Source: Octopus sinensis
Taxonomy: Eukaryota
DNA length: 64,000 bases
Assembly (NCBI RefSeq): GCF_006345805.1
Contig: NC_042999.1
Location: 108,376,001-108,440,000 of the forward strand
Direction of reading: 5' to 3'
Under the pieces are notes generated by a model. The model was not told the origin of the DNA, searched no databases, and saw nothing but the letters and a program-made list of their open reading frames with translations. Shown here one piece after another: positions 12,824 to 25,379 of this stretch. Position numbers and translations under genes: made by a program. How positions within the stretch are numbered: position 1 is the first letter of the stretch; each line of letters begins with the position of its first letter.

Positions 12824-13729
12824 GTCAGTTCACTAGGCAGTATAAACCGCATAAACAAACAGAACATACCTGCTATGTTCTCAACGGCCCACCTTTCAAG
12901 AACTCGTAATTTCCAGTTGTAAAACCAGAAATTATACTGTCACCCCATTCATTGCCCATCGATAACCTCCTTTCCCCTTTCATGACTATGATGCTTTTTC
13001 CTGCTGAATCATGGCTAAAGCTTGTATCTATTGTAATGCAGCATCCAGCCTGCTAACCATACACTTCTGTCCATCTATCATTTAATTAATTACAAGAAGA
13101 GTTCTGTTTAACTCTTCTACTTTATACTAACTGATGAACTAACTGGAAATCAGGGAAATTCCACTATAATAGTCTATTGAATCAACTAAAATAAATTGTG
13201 TGTGTATTTATTACGATGTAGTAGTTTAAAATAAAATAAAGGTAGTCTAACATAATGTATAGCTACCTTTACTAGAAATGAAATGCAGCGGTCAGCTGGA
13301 TATGAAAAAAAGGTAAGAGGATCACCGTTTATTTGATTGATCACTAAATAGAATTCTTTATTATAGTGTTTAAGAAACGAGGTTTCTTTAGCAAGAAATT
13401 GTAATGTCAAATGGAAAAAGTAAGTGGAAACATTCTCTTGTGTAAAAGCTTCTTTTAATTTACCAGGCTTCCTTTGACTTTGTTGTGTTGAAAGCTGAGA
13501 TATTGCTTTTTCTTATACAATAGTCTTCTATTATGTAAGTAGTGTGGAATGATATACAACATTACATCAGGATTCTTTCCAGGGATTTCAGTAACTTTGA
13601 ATTCACGTAAATATCTGTATGTGTGTGTGAGAGAGAGAGAAAGAGAGAGAGGGGTGGAAGGAAATGTGAAGGAGAGATTGTTTGCCAATGCTCTGCATAC
13701 TGTCTTTGCTAAAGCTCTCTCACACACTG

Positions 13730-14745
13730 TCTTGCAACACGAAGTGTTTCATATTGTAAGACAGTGTGTGAGAGAGAATCGTGATGTCATAGGAGACAAA
13801 TGTGTCTGCATAGATGATGGCTCACTTGCATTTAATGAGGCTGCAAAGAGAGACTTAGAGATGCCACTATGAAAGGTTACTAAATGAAGAGAATGAATGG
13901 GAGAAAGAGAGTCTGCCAAATGTCGACCCAACAGAGGGACCAGCTATCTGAATTGACTGTACCTTGGTAGATAAAGCAATTAAAGGTATGAAGACAGGGA
14001 AAGCCTCCAGCCCACCAGGAATCACTGAAGAAATGCTTAAAATATCTGGCAGTGTAGGCTACAGTCTAGTCACCCATATAGTCAATCAGGTAATACATGA
14101 AGGAGTCATACTCAATGACTGGTGTAGCAGCACCATAGTCAACTGCTACAAAGATAAAGGTGACACTTTAGATACAAATAATTACAGAGGTATCAAGTTG
14201 TTTGATGAGGTAATGAAAGTCATGGAGAGGGTCATAGCCCAACTAATTAGGAAGGGAGTTGCTTTAGATGAGATGCATTTTGGGATTGTGCCAGGGAGAA
14301 GCACCACTGATGCTATATTTCTGGTATGAGAGCTGCAGGAGAAATACCTAACCAAAGATGAACCTCTATACTTGGCTTTCATTGACATGGAGAAAACCTT
14401 TGACAGGATCCCCCGGTTCCTTACCTGGTGATCAATGTGGAAACTAGGGATATGCACCATACAAACATGGTCAATGCCAGTGCCACCTGAATGATCCTGT
14501 GCCAGTGGCACATAAAAAGTACTATTCAAGCATGTTCATTGCCATTACCGTCTGACTGGCTCTTGTTCCAGTGATATGTAAAAAGCACTCACTACTCTCT
14601 CAGAGTGGTTGGTGTTAGGAAGGGCATCCAGCTGTAGAAACCTTGCTAGATCAGATTGGAGAATATTTGATTGCCAGTTTTCAGTCAAATTGTCCGACCC
14701 ATGCCAGCATGGAAAGCAGATGTTAAATGATGATGATGATGATAT
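13730..14745 (+). mobile_element. RTE-clade LINE, internally deleted: RT N-terminal half joined directly to the 3' UTR
   Basis: KAIKGMKTGKASSPPGI...DWCSSTIVNCYKDKGD...NYRGIKL...FGIVPGRSTTDAIF...YLAFIDMEKTFDRIP...SMWKLGI ends at 14452. It is followed by the RTE 3' UTR (GAAGGGCATCCAGCTGTAGAAAC...CATGGAAAGCAGATGTTAAA(TGA)n). Confidence 0.9.
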
Positions 14746-15518
14746 GTGCTGCAATAGTTATGATGACAGACTGTAAACTTATTTAACTTAGACTGGTATA
14801 TTTAAATTTAAACCAAAATATGTTTGAATTTTTACTACATTGTTAAACGAGATTGCAAACCAACTAGATTATTGAAGAACCAATCTAACAGAAAGACATC
14901 AAAATAACATATAGAGGTATTAAAGTGAAGTCATAGAAAACTAATGAAAGAGTGGCTGGAATTTTCAGATTCATTGATTGCTGTATGTTGACTGTAGTTG
15001 GATAATTCCATGGATCAGTTGATTTGTCTGTAAAACAACAACTGAAGAGTTGATGTTGAAAAAATTCATTTACTTCTTGAATCTTGAAAGAAATTTGCTG
15101 CATTGCTTGTTGTTGTAGAACTTAAATGAGCTTTGAAATAATAGAAATTAAAAAAAATATGGTAGAACTGGGGAAAATTTTCTGATGTCATGGTTGTTAT
15201 GGTTTTTATGATGATGAGGTTTATTACAGTTGAGAAGTTTTTTTTTTCCATTAAGTATTCCTTGCAAATTTAGATAAAACATAAGTTGTGGAGTTGAGAA
15301 CACGTTGACCTTCTCACATGAGTCAAAATGACAAAAATTCCAAATATTACTTTCTAAACCACTGATGTGATAACTATTGTTGTAACATCTGTAGATAGGT
15401 TGCTGACGGCTGTGATGTTGATATTATTTTATTTTAGACCAACCTAGAGTGAATAAACCCATGATCAAACAATTATGACCATCTTATTGATATGTGTGTG
15501 TGTGTATGTATGTGTGTG

Positions 15519-15550
<32 letters not shown>

Positions 15551-15563
15551 ATATTTTTATATA

Positions 15564-15960
15564 TAGCATGGAAAACGGACGCTAAACGATGATGATGATG
15601 ATATATATATATATTTATATTTATATATATATGGCACATAAGAAAACCATCCGAACGTGGCCATAGCCAGTACTGCATCGACCATAGCCAGTACCGTGGC
15701 CATAGCCAGTACCTCCATGCTGGTGGCACGTAACAAACACCATCCAATCATGGCCGTGCCAGCCTTGCCTGGCACCTGTGTTGGTGGCACATAAAAAGCA
15801 CCCACTACACTCATGGAGTGGTTGGCGTTAAGAAGGGCATCCAGCTGTAGAAACATTGCCAGATCTGACTGGCCTGGTGCAGCCTTTGGGCTTCCCAGAC
15901 CCCAGTTGAACTGTCCAACCCATGCTAGCATGGAAAGTGGACGTTAAACGATGATGATGA
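15564..15960 (+). mobile_element. RTE 3' UTR insertion(s) in a (TA)n tract
   Basis: GGCACGTAA...GAAGGGCATCCAGCTGTAGAAAC...TAGCATGGAAAGTGGACGTTAAAC(GAT)n. The terminal segment is also present upstream at 15564. Confidence 0.85.
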
Positions 15961-16363
15961 TATATATATACAACAAACAACATCATGAATTATTCCTCAT
16001 GCTGGTTGTTGGGTAGGTTATGATGGTCATCATTAGGGTTTTACCTTGCCTTTTTATACCTCTTTAAAATTTTACTTAAAGATTTATGCTATGGTGTAAT
16101 AAAATTCTATCGAAACAGCTATAGTAAATTTTAAATGCCATTTGTGTCCTTTTTAAACCTACATCCCACTTAAACCAACCATGTGCTGGATCTACAGTTT
16201 AAATTGGATTTGATACTTAAATATCAACATATCTGCAGCATACTACCGATATGTGATACCTCATGGTTGTTTTACCACACTGTGAACCCTGTGCTAAAGT
16301 ACCTAGCCAATTCTGACATCTTACATGTTGATGCAGCTAGATTCTAATGAATCTTATAACTGA

Positions 16364-16394
<31 letters not shown>

Positions 16395-17172
16395 CTGTCT
16401 GTCTGTCCTCTCTATCTTTAATTACTTGAAGTCCTTCTGTAAGGAAGGAGCTGGTTTCCAACAAAGATACAAAGCTCCAATTTTTTATTTTATTTGTGGG
16501 TTTGTTCTTAATCTTTTTTTTTATTCTTTGTTTTTAATCTTTTATAATTTCTTGGCCTTATCTAAACCTTTTTCTTAGGTATAATTAGCTTTTAGTTTGT
16601 GTTTTATATAAAGAGAAAAGTTTAGTTTTTTTTTTTTTTCAGGTTCCCTTATTATGCTTAACAGTTTGCCTTTAGAGCTTCCAACTATTTTTATAGATTA
16701 ACTATAATTACTTAGAAATAGTTATCTATTTCTATTAAGTACAATCCTATTTGTATATACAGTAAATATATCTCAGCCTTAGGAAGTTGAGTCCAGAATT
16801 CAGTGAGTAGTATTTTTTGTTTTCATCTAGGCTCAGTAGATCGATAGACTTCCAATGTATCACATTGAGATTGTAGTTTATGACAAGGACAGCTACTTTG
16901 CTTGTGTCTATGATAATATTTCTTAGAGTGAGTTTAAGTTTTGATATTATATTGCTTAGGACTTTGAAATTGCATTCATTTCTATATACTATAAGTTACA
17001 TGTTCTCCTATATAGGCTGTTGTTTCAGATTTCCATCTTCAATATCTAAATCTAAATTGATATTTCAAGTTTTATTAATTAATTTGCTGATTTTTAATTC
17101 AAACTATTTGATATATAACTGCAAATTCCGCTTAAATGTGTTTTGATTGAGTCTCCAGATGGTGTATGTCTC

Positions 17173-17402
17173 TTAAGCCTTTACAATTCATAATAATATG
17201 TCAAATATAATACTTATTTATTGATGTTCTTTTGAATTAATCATGTATTATCTTGTGGCTTTGAAATTTCAATTATGAGATTGCTTATTTTCACAATGAC
17301 ATTGTAGGATAGGTGTGAGAAGCTATATGTGGCCAATGTGAATATAAAACAGGTTGAATATTTTGGCCTGACATGGCCAATTGAAATATGCTCAAGGGTT
17401 AA
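17173..17402. mobile_element. MITE family P1 copy
   Basis: TTAAGCCTTTAC...AAGGGTTAA, body homologous to 10471-10699. Confidence 0.65.
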
Positions 17403-17544
17403 ATATAGTTGCTATGTCAGATATTTTCCATAACATTTGTAGCATTTATTGGTTTGATTCACTAAATTTGTTTGTAGAATCAGAGCTAAACTTATGTAGT
17501 GGGAATAAGGAGTCTACTTGAAAAATTTCATCTCTATGAGAATA

Positions 17545-17562
17545 TCATTATTTTATTATTTA

Positions 17563-17600
<38 letters not shown>

Positions 17601-17635
17601 TATTATTATATATTATTATTATTATTATTATTATC
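17545..17635. repeat. (ATT)n microsatellite
   Basis: Directly visible. Confidence 0.95.
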
Positions 17636-17779
17636 TCTTTATTTCACAATAGTTTGGATCTATGGTAATATTCCTTTCTTATCACTTTATTTCATCATCT
17701 ACTTTTAAGTACAAATATGAATCTTTGTGTTCTAATTCTCCAATTCAAATGACTAACTCTCAACTATTGACTTATATTT

Positions 17780-19300
17780 GGATTGATGTGTTTATGTGCA
17801 GTGTCATTACTATCCAAAAATTCTCTTAAAGTATTCTCTGCAATCAATTCCTATTAAGCTTAGATTTTTATTCTTGTAGTGTTGCCTTCAATAATTATTC
17901 AGTTTATCCAAAACTGTCCAATATACTCACGCATCTTTTTCTTCTCTACATTAATGTTATGATAGGCTGAAAGCCTATATACATCAGGGCTATGTATATT
18001 CTTGGCCAATTGGTTATTGTTTTTCCTTATTTTTATTTATTTATTTATTTTCTTTAGAATTAATAATTTTTTTTTTTCTTTTCCTAGAATCAGCTTGATG
18101 TTCCTTTAGTCTTGTGATTTTTTTATAATCTCAAACCTTCCAAAGATTTGCTCGATATATCTCTTATACGCACTTTTCCAGGCTATGAAAATCATAACCA
18201 ACACTAGTCTTCAAAACATGCCATTAACTAGGTTTTTACTTTACCTATGGACAACCAGAAATGAAATATGAAAGAAAAATTATAAGCCCATCGTATGTGT
18301 GTGAGTGTGTGTGTTTGTCCTCCCCACATAATCACTTGGCAATAAGTACTAGGTTTAAAAATAATAAGTCCTGGGGTCAATTTGTTTGACTAAGACCCTT
18401 CAAGGTGGTGCTCCAGCATGGCCGCAGTCAAATGACTGAAACAAGTAAAAGAGTAAAAGGAATATATTTACACACACACACACAGGAAACAATACTAGAG
18501 ATCAAGTCCCTTAACTCTTGTATAAGAACCTCTGCTCTGGTAATTCATTGAATGCTGTTGCTATGGATTTGTGTATACTGCAAGCTTTATCAATTCTGGA
18601 AGCCTGCCAGTTGTTACTTGTTAGTAAACTATCTCCAATATCTTGGATTTCCATTGCAGTTGAAGTTCTACTACAATTATTTCAGTAAATGTTCCATGTA
18701 CATGAATCTGATGGAAGAGCCCTCATGTTTTCCAAAGCATGTTATTCGAAATTCTTTACCGAAATAAGTTGTTTCCATTTTTTTCTCAAGGTTCTATTTT
18801 CCTTTTGAATCTGTATTGTATTTGGTTTTTTTTTTGGTTTTTTTTTTGCTTCCATATTCAACACCTTTCTGCTTTGCAGGATAAAGCTAAATCTTTTCTC
18901 TTTTTGCTCCTTTTTCATCCTTTTTCATCTATATTTCATCTTGTGTAGTTTTTGGTGTGTGTGCATTGTAAGCGGAGTGTAACTTATTGTATTAGGGTCA
19001 ATTTTGGTTTCCCTTGATACATCCATTTACTGAGAAAATTAGGTTATTTAGCATATTGGTGTTTTGGTTTACTTCTGTAGAAAATATTTTTTTGAAAGGT
19101 TTTGTTGTGTTTGGCTACATTTCCCATAGATGTTTGTTCATTCATTGTTTATCGAGTTGTTTCTATTGATCCATATCGATCGATTTCTTTGTGGTCAGTT
19201 CTTCTATTTTCATAATCATTTCTGTTAGGTTCCCTCATTGTTGACTTTGCTTTTTCTGTCATCCTTGTTGCTGTTTTTAGTGTTGTTGCTGCTGTTTAGC
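17780..19300 (-). mobile_element. Decayed Penelope-like element (RT plus GIY-YIG endonuclease), interrupted by a SINE A 3' half
   Basis: Minus strand: ETTYFGKEFRITCFGKHEGSSIRFMYMEHL...RYWR (YMEHL at 18686-18700, resembling PLE RT motifs), then DVYRLS...EYIGQ (VY at 17977-17982, YIG at 17917-17925), the spacing of a GIY-YIG motif. Heavily decayed. Confidence 0.55.
18285..18460 (+). mobile_element. SINE family A, 3' half
   Basis: AAGTCCTGGGGTCAATTTG...GGTGCTCCAGCATGGCCGCAGTCAAATGACTGAAACAAGTAAAAGAG. Confidence 0.85.
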
Positions 19301-20279
19301 CCATGGTCAAACCGTTTTTCAGTGGACCTATGATCAAGTGCATTCCAGCCATGCCTGTTCGATCTTTTTAAAGTTATGCAGCTCTACATTATTTAGTGTT
19401 ATCTGAGGGTGAATTTACGTACTATTTCTAACAGATCAAATGACCAGGTAGAGGTTCTTTCTCTTGTTTGTTATAAGTGAATAGTATGTATTTATAGTAT
19501 AGCTGAGTATTTCAATGACTATTTTCAATGAGTCTTTCTTTGGCTTTTTGTTATATTTTTTCTTTTGTCTGTTTTGTAGTGATGTTCTTTTCATGTGTGG
19601 TCATTTTAGTTACGTTATTTTCAGATCTTGTTTCACACAAAACACACAAGAGGTTCATCTATTTTGTGTGTGTCATGTTTTGTTGTATTGCTTTTATTGG
19701 TTCATAGGGTATTATCTTTTCCTTTGTGTGGTCAATTTTTCTTCCTTTCTTTGATTTTCAGTGAACATTCTTTGTAAAAGTTATTTTGTTTTACTTCCAT
19801 GGATGTTTTTTTTTTATTATTTATTACATTATTATATTATTATTATTAGTATATCAGTATGTTATATCACTATTATTTTATTTCATGCCTATTTGAGATA
19901 TTTCCCTTATTTTCAAATCATCCCAAGAAACTAGGGATTTGGAATCTAGGATTATTGTTTGTGTGACTAGACCAAGTTCTGAAAGATTGGAAATTATGTT
20001 AGCACAATTCACAAAAGAGGAAAAAAGTCTGGTGAGCATCAATGAGAATACCAATGCCGATTCCCATAGTTTAATATATGTACATATAGATCTGCTAATG
20101 TATTTTAGTCTAGTTGTTGTCTTTCATCTACAATTTTGTTCTTCAAAACTCATACATTGCTTTTATAGTGCCTGTGAGTACTACATGTAATCTGGACATG
20201 TATAGGTATAATTCTATGTTCTACAGTTCCCATGTGCTTTTCAGTTTATTTTGGCATATACTGTATGTGTGTGTGTATA

Positions 20280-20748
20280 TACTCTTTTACTTGTTTCAGT
20301 CATTTGACTGGCCATGCAGGAGCACCACTTTAAGTCAAGCAAATCGACCCCAGGACGTATTCTTTGTAAACCTAGTACTTATTCTCTTTTGCCAAACCGC
20401 TAAGTTATGGAGACGTAAACACACCAGCATCAGTTGTCAAGCGATGTTGCAGGGACAAATACAGACACAGAAACACATACACACACATACATATACATAT
20501 ATATCTATATATATATATATACATACATACATATATATGATGGGCTTCTTTCAGTTTCCATCTACCAAATCCACTCACAAGGCTTTGGTCAGCCCGAGGC
20601 TATAGTAGAAGACACTTATAATAGAAGGCACTTATAATAGAAGACACTATAGTAGAAGATACTTGCCCAAGGTGCCACACTGTGGGACTGAACCCGGAAC
20701 CATGTGATTGGTAAGCAAGCTACTTACCACACAGCCACTCCTACGCCT
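20280..20748 (-). mobile_element. Full-length SINE family A with an internal short tandem expansion
   Basis: Head GGCGTAGGAGTGGCTGTGTGGTAAG through tail GAAACAAGTAAAAGAGT. About four copies of (C)TATAGTAGAAGACACT lie at about 20600-20665. Confidence 0.92.
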
Positions 20749-21473
20749 ATATGTATACAATTTTTTCCTTTGTCAAAGATTAACCACTTGAGTGGGTATT
20801 GCTTCTGATACTCATATTTCATGCGCTTGTTAGTATAATTATATTAAACTCACACAACAACATTCCTCAGGAATCATGGGTCACTAGGTATTGTTTTTAT
20901 TGATTGCTGCCATTTGTATTGTCAGTTATGGTTGATATGTTGTGACACACTGGTTTTGTTTTAAGTTAGCTCACTTTATTTATGTGTCTTAGTCTTTGTT
21001 GGGTTTTTTTCCCTTTTGTGATTACCCATTGTTTATTATTACTGTAAGCTGTATACTTTGTATATAATCATGACAAGCGAGACTAGTCTTCTTTGTCCTT
21101 TAGTTATACAAAATAAATACTAAATATAATTACAAGGAGATACACTAACATTATTTTCTAATTAGTCTGTTAATTTTGCTTTGGATCAATAGAGTTATTT
21201 TTTCTTTTATTTTTTTTCTACAGATTATTATGTTGCCTCTTCTAGTCATTCACTTTTTCAGAACAATGGATTTGTAGAAGTGGATTAGCAGAGTTTCTAA
21301 CAAAGTTCTTCATTGTATTTAGTTAAGTTTCTTCATTCACTGAACTCAACTTTGATTTTCATCCTTCTTTAAGTTGATAAAACTATGTCCCACTTAAGTA
21401 CAGGATCATTTGTTACTCTCTGTCCTTCAAAATTCTAGCCTATGTTTGGAAACATTATTATTATTATTATTAA

Positions 21474-21694
21474 CTCTTTCGTTATTGTATTTATTTTGAG
21501 ATGCTTTGTGTTTCTTTCAATTATTTTAAATATAACAAAGAATTTAGTAAAATAACTTTGTTATCATTAAGCTAGTGTTAAGAACATAAACTGTGACTAA
21601 GGCTTGGTGGAAGATTTTAATTCAGAACTTTTGAAAACAAGACATTTGTACTACAGGGCCAGAGCTGGTTTCAGCCGGGTTGGTAACAAAAGGG
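21474..21694. mobile_element. MITE with piggyBac-type ends (family P2)
   Basis: TTAA flanks at 21470-21473 and 21695-21698; TIRs CTCTTTCGTTA / TAACAAAAGGG. Related decayed copy at about 51170-51418. Confidence 0.75.
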
Positions 21695-21696
21695 TT

Positions 21697-21856
21697 AAGG
21701 TGGCAAGCTGGCAGAGCCATTAGCATGCCGGATAAAATGATTAGCAGCATTTCTTCCATCTTTACATACCGGTCTCATAAGTACCTGTCAAGCACTGCGG
21801 TCAACATAATCAACTCGCCCTTCTCCCCAAATCCCAGGTCTTGTGCTTATTGAATC
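21697..21856 (+). mobile_element. SINE family B with (ATT)n tail
   Basis: GGTGGCAAGCTGGCAGAGCCATTAGCATGCCGG head with an internal deletion; (ATT)n at 21857-21870. Confidence 0.75.
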
Positions 21857-21870
21857 ATTATTATTATTAT

Positions 21871-22300
21871 ATGAAAACTCACTGCTTATTTTGTTGGGTA
21901 TGATGGAAAGTGTCAGCTGTCTACAGCCAGTAGACTAAGGTGACACTTGTTTGCTGGTCATGCTTCAAGAACCTTGCGAAGAATTCTGATTTTTGTAAGT
22001 GTTCTACCTTCATAGTCACACCGATCTTTTTCAGCCATGCTGGTAATTGAGTGCTGATATTTCCAAGTGCACCAACTGCTACTGGTATCTTTGACAACAA
22101 CTTTCATATTTCCCACTCTAAATCATTATAGTTGTTTATTTTTTTCTTCTTTCACATTGATCCTGTTTTCACCGGGGCATGCTATATTGATAATTATACA
22201 TGTTCTTTCTTTTTTATTAACCACAACCATGTCCAGTTTTCTATATCTGGTCAGGTAATCACACTGGATCATTAAATCACATATGATTTTGCAAAATAGG
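21871..22300 (-). mobile_element. R4/Dong-clade retrotransposon 3' end (REL endonuclease plus 3' UTR)
   Basis: KIICDLMIQCDYLTRYRKLDMVVVNKKERTCIIINIACPGENRINVKEEK...IPVAVGALG, a decayed PD-(D/E)XK domain. The 3' UTR abuts (TAA)n. Confidence 0.8.
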
Positions 22301-22437
22301 AGATAAAGTACGATTCATTCATGATCAGAGTTGTTCGAAAACCGAGGTTCTACTGTACTTATATAAATAAGATATAATTAATCATTCCCCTCACGATTGT
22401 TGGTTTTGTGCCTAAATTAGAATGTATCATTAAGAAC

Positions 22438-22640
22438 ACAAAGGTGGTAAACTGAAAGTTTTGCTTGAATGTTGGACAAAATGTCTTGTATTATTTATCT
22501 TTTATATTCTGAGTTTAAATCAGGCTAGAGTTAATTTTGCCCCTCATTCTTTCTGGGTTATTGAAATAAAATATCAGTTAAATGCTAGGTTCAATTCAAT
22601 CATCTGTTCCCCACTATCACAAAATTATAGCATTCTTTTC
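22438..22640 (+). mobile_element. SINE family B (decayed)
   Basis: AAATGTCTTG...TTCTGAGTTTAAAT...TTTTGCCCCTCATTCTTT...AAATAAAATATCAG. Confidence 0.65.
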
Positions 22641-23317
22641 TTATGCTCATGTTAAAAAATAGTTATTATTTAATATATGATAGAAAAATTTTTTTTTCAT
22701 AAGGTAATAATATTTTGCATTCTGTTTGCATAAACCTCAATTAGAATTGTGATAAAGTTTGTCTACTTACTACTTAACTCCACAACTGTCTACTTTAATA
22801 ATGCAAATTAATCTTACATTCTTGAATCTCAGACATAGTAATCAATATATATATTCTAAGAACTTTTCAACATATTTGAATAACTTCATAAAGATATTAA
22901 AAAAAAAAATACATGGAGATCTATAGCAACAAAGAAGAACTACTACTACTACTACTTTGTCTTCATGTTAATTTCTTGTCTCATTGAAGTAGTTCTGGTT
23001 TTATTTTAAGTTTAAACATTAATTTCTCTCCTCCCCTTGTGTCTAAATCTTCTTTTAGTTTATGTCATTTTAAGTTTTTATGTCAGCCATTATTCTGATC
23101 ATGACTTCCTTGTTATTATATCTTTGCCACTTAGAATTATCATCATAATTATTGTAGTTTCACCACATCACAATGTTATAAACAGTAATATGTCTACCAA
23201 CATATGTGTGTGTGTGTGTGTGTAGTATGAATATATATATATATATAACATATCTTCATACATGTATGTGTGTACATAGGCATGTATGTGTGCATACACA
23301 CACATATCTATATATAG

Positions 23318-23580
23318 AGGGCTGGAGGTGTGGTAAGAAGCTTGCTTCCCAACTATATGGTTCTGGGTTCAGTCCCACTGTGTGGCACCTTGAGCAAGTT
23401 TCTTCTACTATAGCCTCAAGCTGACCAAACCCTTGTGAGTGGATTTGGTAGATGGAAACTGAAAGAAGCCCAGTGTGTGTGTGTGTACACATACACATAT
23501 ACGTATGTGTGAATGTGGATGTGCCTTTGTATCTGTGTTTGTTCCCCCACCACTGTTTGACAACCAGGTGCTGGTGTCTT
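23318..23580 (+). mobile_element. SINE family A (5' two-thirds)
   Basis: GTGTGGTAAGAAGCTTGCTTCCCAAC...GGTTCAGTCCCACTG...GGAAACTGAAAGAAGCCC(TG)n. Confidence 0.85.
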
Positions 23581-25215
23581 TAGATTCTCTTATATATTTA
23601 TATATACATATATAATAGGTATTGGAATCTAGAAGACCCAAGGAGTGGCAGGTAATGCTAAGTAAGTGCTATGGACAGACCGTAGTTAAACTCTTGGTTC
23701 GATAGTGATGCGAATGAGGAGTTTAATGTGAGTTTTGTGTTAGCAAGACCCGCATTAAACATGTATATATGCACACACATGCATGCACTTACATAAACAC
23801 TTATATACATACATAAAGTGTGTCTGTAAATGAATATGTATATAAGTATAAATAAATACAATTCATTGAGTAGAATGTTTGGCTTCACAACCATTCACAT
23901 AGAGTATTTAAGAAATATAAATAAGTGATGTACCCCCAGTGTAAAGTAGGTAAGTTCAGCTTAGTTTGAAAGTTTGCTAGATGCAAAAAAAAAAAGTAAA
24001 ATAGCCAGGCTGGAACATAGAGAATTATCAGAAATAGCCAAATGTCATTCTTAAAAATGATTGTGATATTGGATACCCTATCTAATTTTTATTGTTCTGA
24101 AAAAATGGACACATATTGTCATTCTTGAAATGATTGAGGGATTAGGTTCCTTTTCAAATTTATATTGTTCCATATTATTTTCATTGAATCATATTACCTT
24201 GTAACAAAATATTTTCATACTCTTATGTCAATTAAAGAAACAATTTCATCATCATCATACTTGTCATCATCATTATAATCATCATTGTGTTTCTATTTGG
24301 CATTGTGCCAATATAAAAATTCATTATTTTAATTCTATCATTGCAGTTCTTGTTTATTGTTGGTGGTTGTTTACAATGCATCGGAAACATATAATTTATT
24401 ATTCATTGATGAATGATTCCTAAAAATTCTGCATGGTTTGATAAATAAATACAACACTAATAAGTTATGTTCCAATTACAAAAAATACTGTCCTATAGCT
24501 TCCCATCCATTTATATTTCTTCCTAAAAGTACTCTCTTGATATTTTACAAATTTTCATTTATTTATTTGTTGTTGACTGCTCCAAATATATCTATTGAAT
24601 TCATCCATATAGTCATTACCAATACTCTAACAATATCTTTTTATTATCTTCTTTCAAGCCCAAAAGGGTAATTTTACAGGTTGCTCAACCTTGTAGAAAC
24701 ACCAGCTTAATCTCCCTCAAATCACACTATCATTTTATCAGAAAGGGGGAAGGTCACATTGGATAATTTAGACCTAGATATAATTTGTCTGAGCAAGAAA
24801 AAGACAGGAAGATCATGGCTAAGCTGCCATTAATCACAGTTAGGCAACTTCTTGGTCATAGTTGACTGGAGATTGACATGAACAATAACAAAAAGAACTG
24901 TCTTTTGATAGGGTACTTCTTGGAGAATCCAGTTTGTTACAAAATTCATAACAGACATAAATACATTCTGTAGAATCAGCATAACAGAACATTTCTCTGT
25001 AATGAACATTTCTCTATAGAGATTACTGTTTCATATGATACAGTCTTTGCTATTGAAAAAACATAATGAGAGCAAGTACAGTTGGAAGGATTTGGGTTGA
25101 TTTTGCTATATTTAATTACCATAGAAAGTTTCAATTTACCTGTATCTTGTTTCAAGAAAGCAGTATACACACAGGCACACGCACACACACACACACACAC
25201 ACATATGCATGTATA

Positions 25216-25289
25216 CAGGGATGGCCATAAGTTGCTTTACCTATTTCTAATAATAAGGAAATGGGTAAAATGACTAATGGCCATCCCTG
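25216..25289. mobile_element. 74-bp Tc1/mariner-type hairpin micro-MITE
   Basis: TA flanks at 25214-25215 and 25290-25291; perfect TIR CAGGGATGGCCAT / ATGGCCATCCCTG. The two arms pair imperfectly almost to the centre. Confidence 0.8.
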
Positions 25290-25379
25290 TATACACACAC
25301 GTGTGCACACACACACACTCACTCACACACATATATATATATGCTGGACTGCTGAAATCTAAATTTTTTTTCATTCTCT

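Noticed and set aside
13276-13312. 37-nt candidate exon with donor AAG|GTAAGA
   Set aside because: Two open frames, no homology, and not phase-compatible with the next candidate at 19898.
20114-20637. Recurring ORFs with DGLLSVSIYQIHSQGFG / LCQTAKLWRRKH peptides (also 47, 23256, 31705, 53536, 53748, 55076)
   Set aside because: These are translations of SINE A copies, not a gene family.
22300-22356. Tigger-like MITE (TACAGTAGAACCTCGG on the minus strand)
   Set aside because: Only one terminus is visible; no partner TIR or TSD found.
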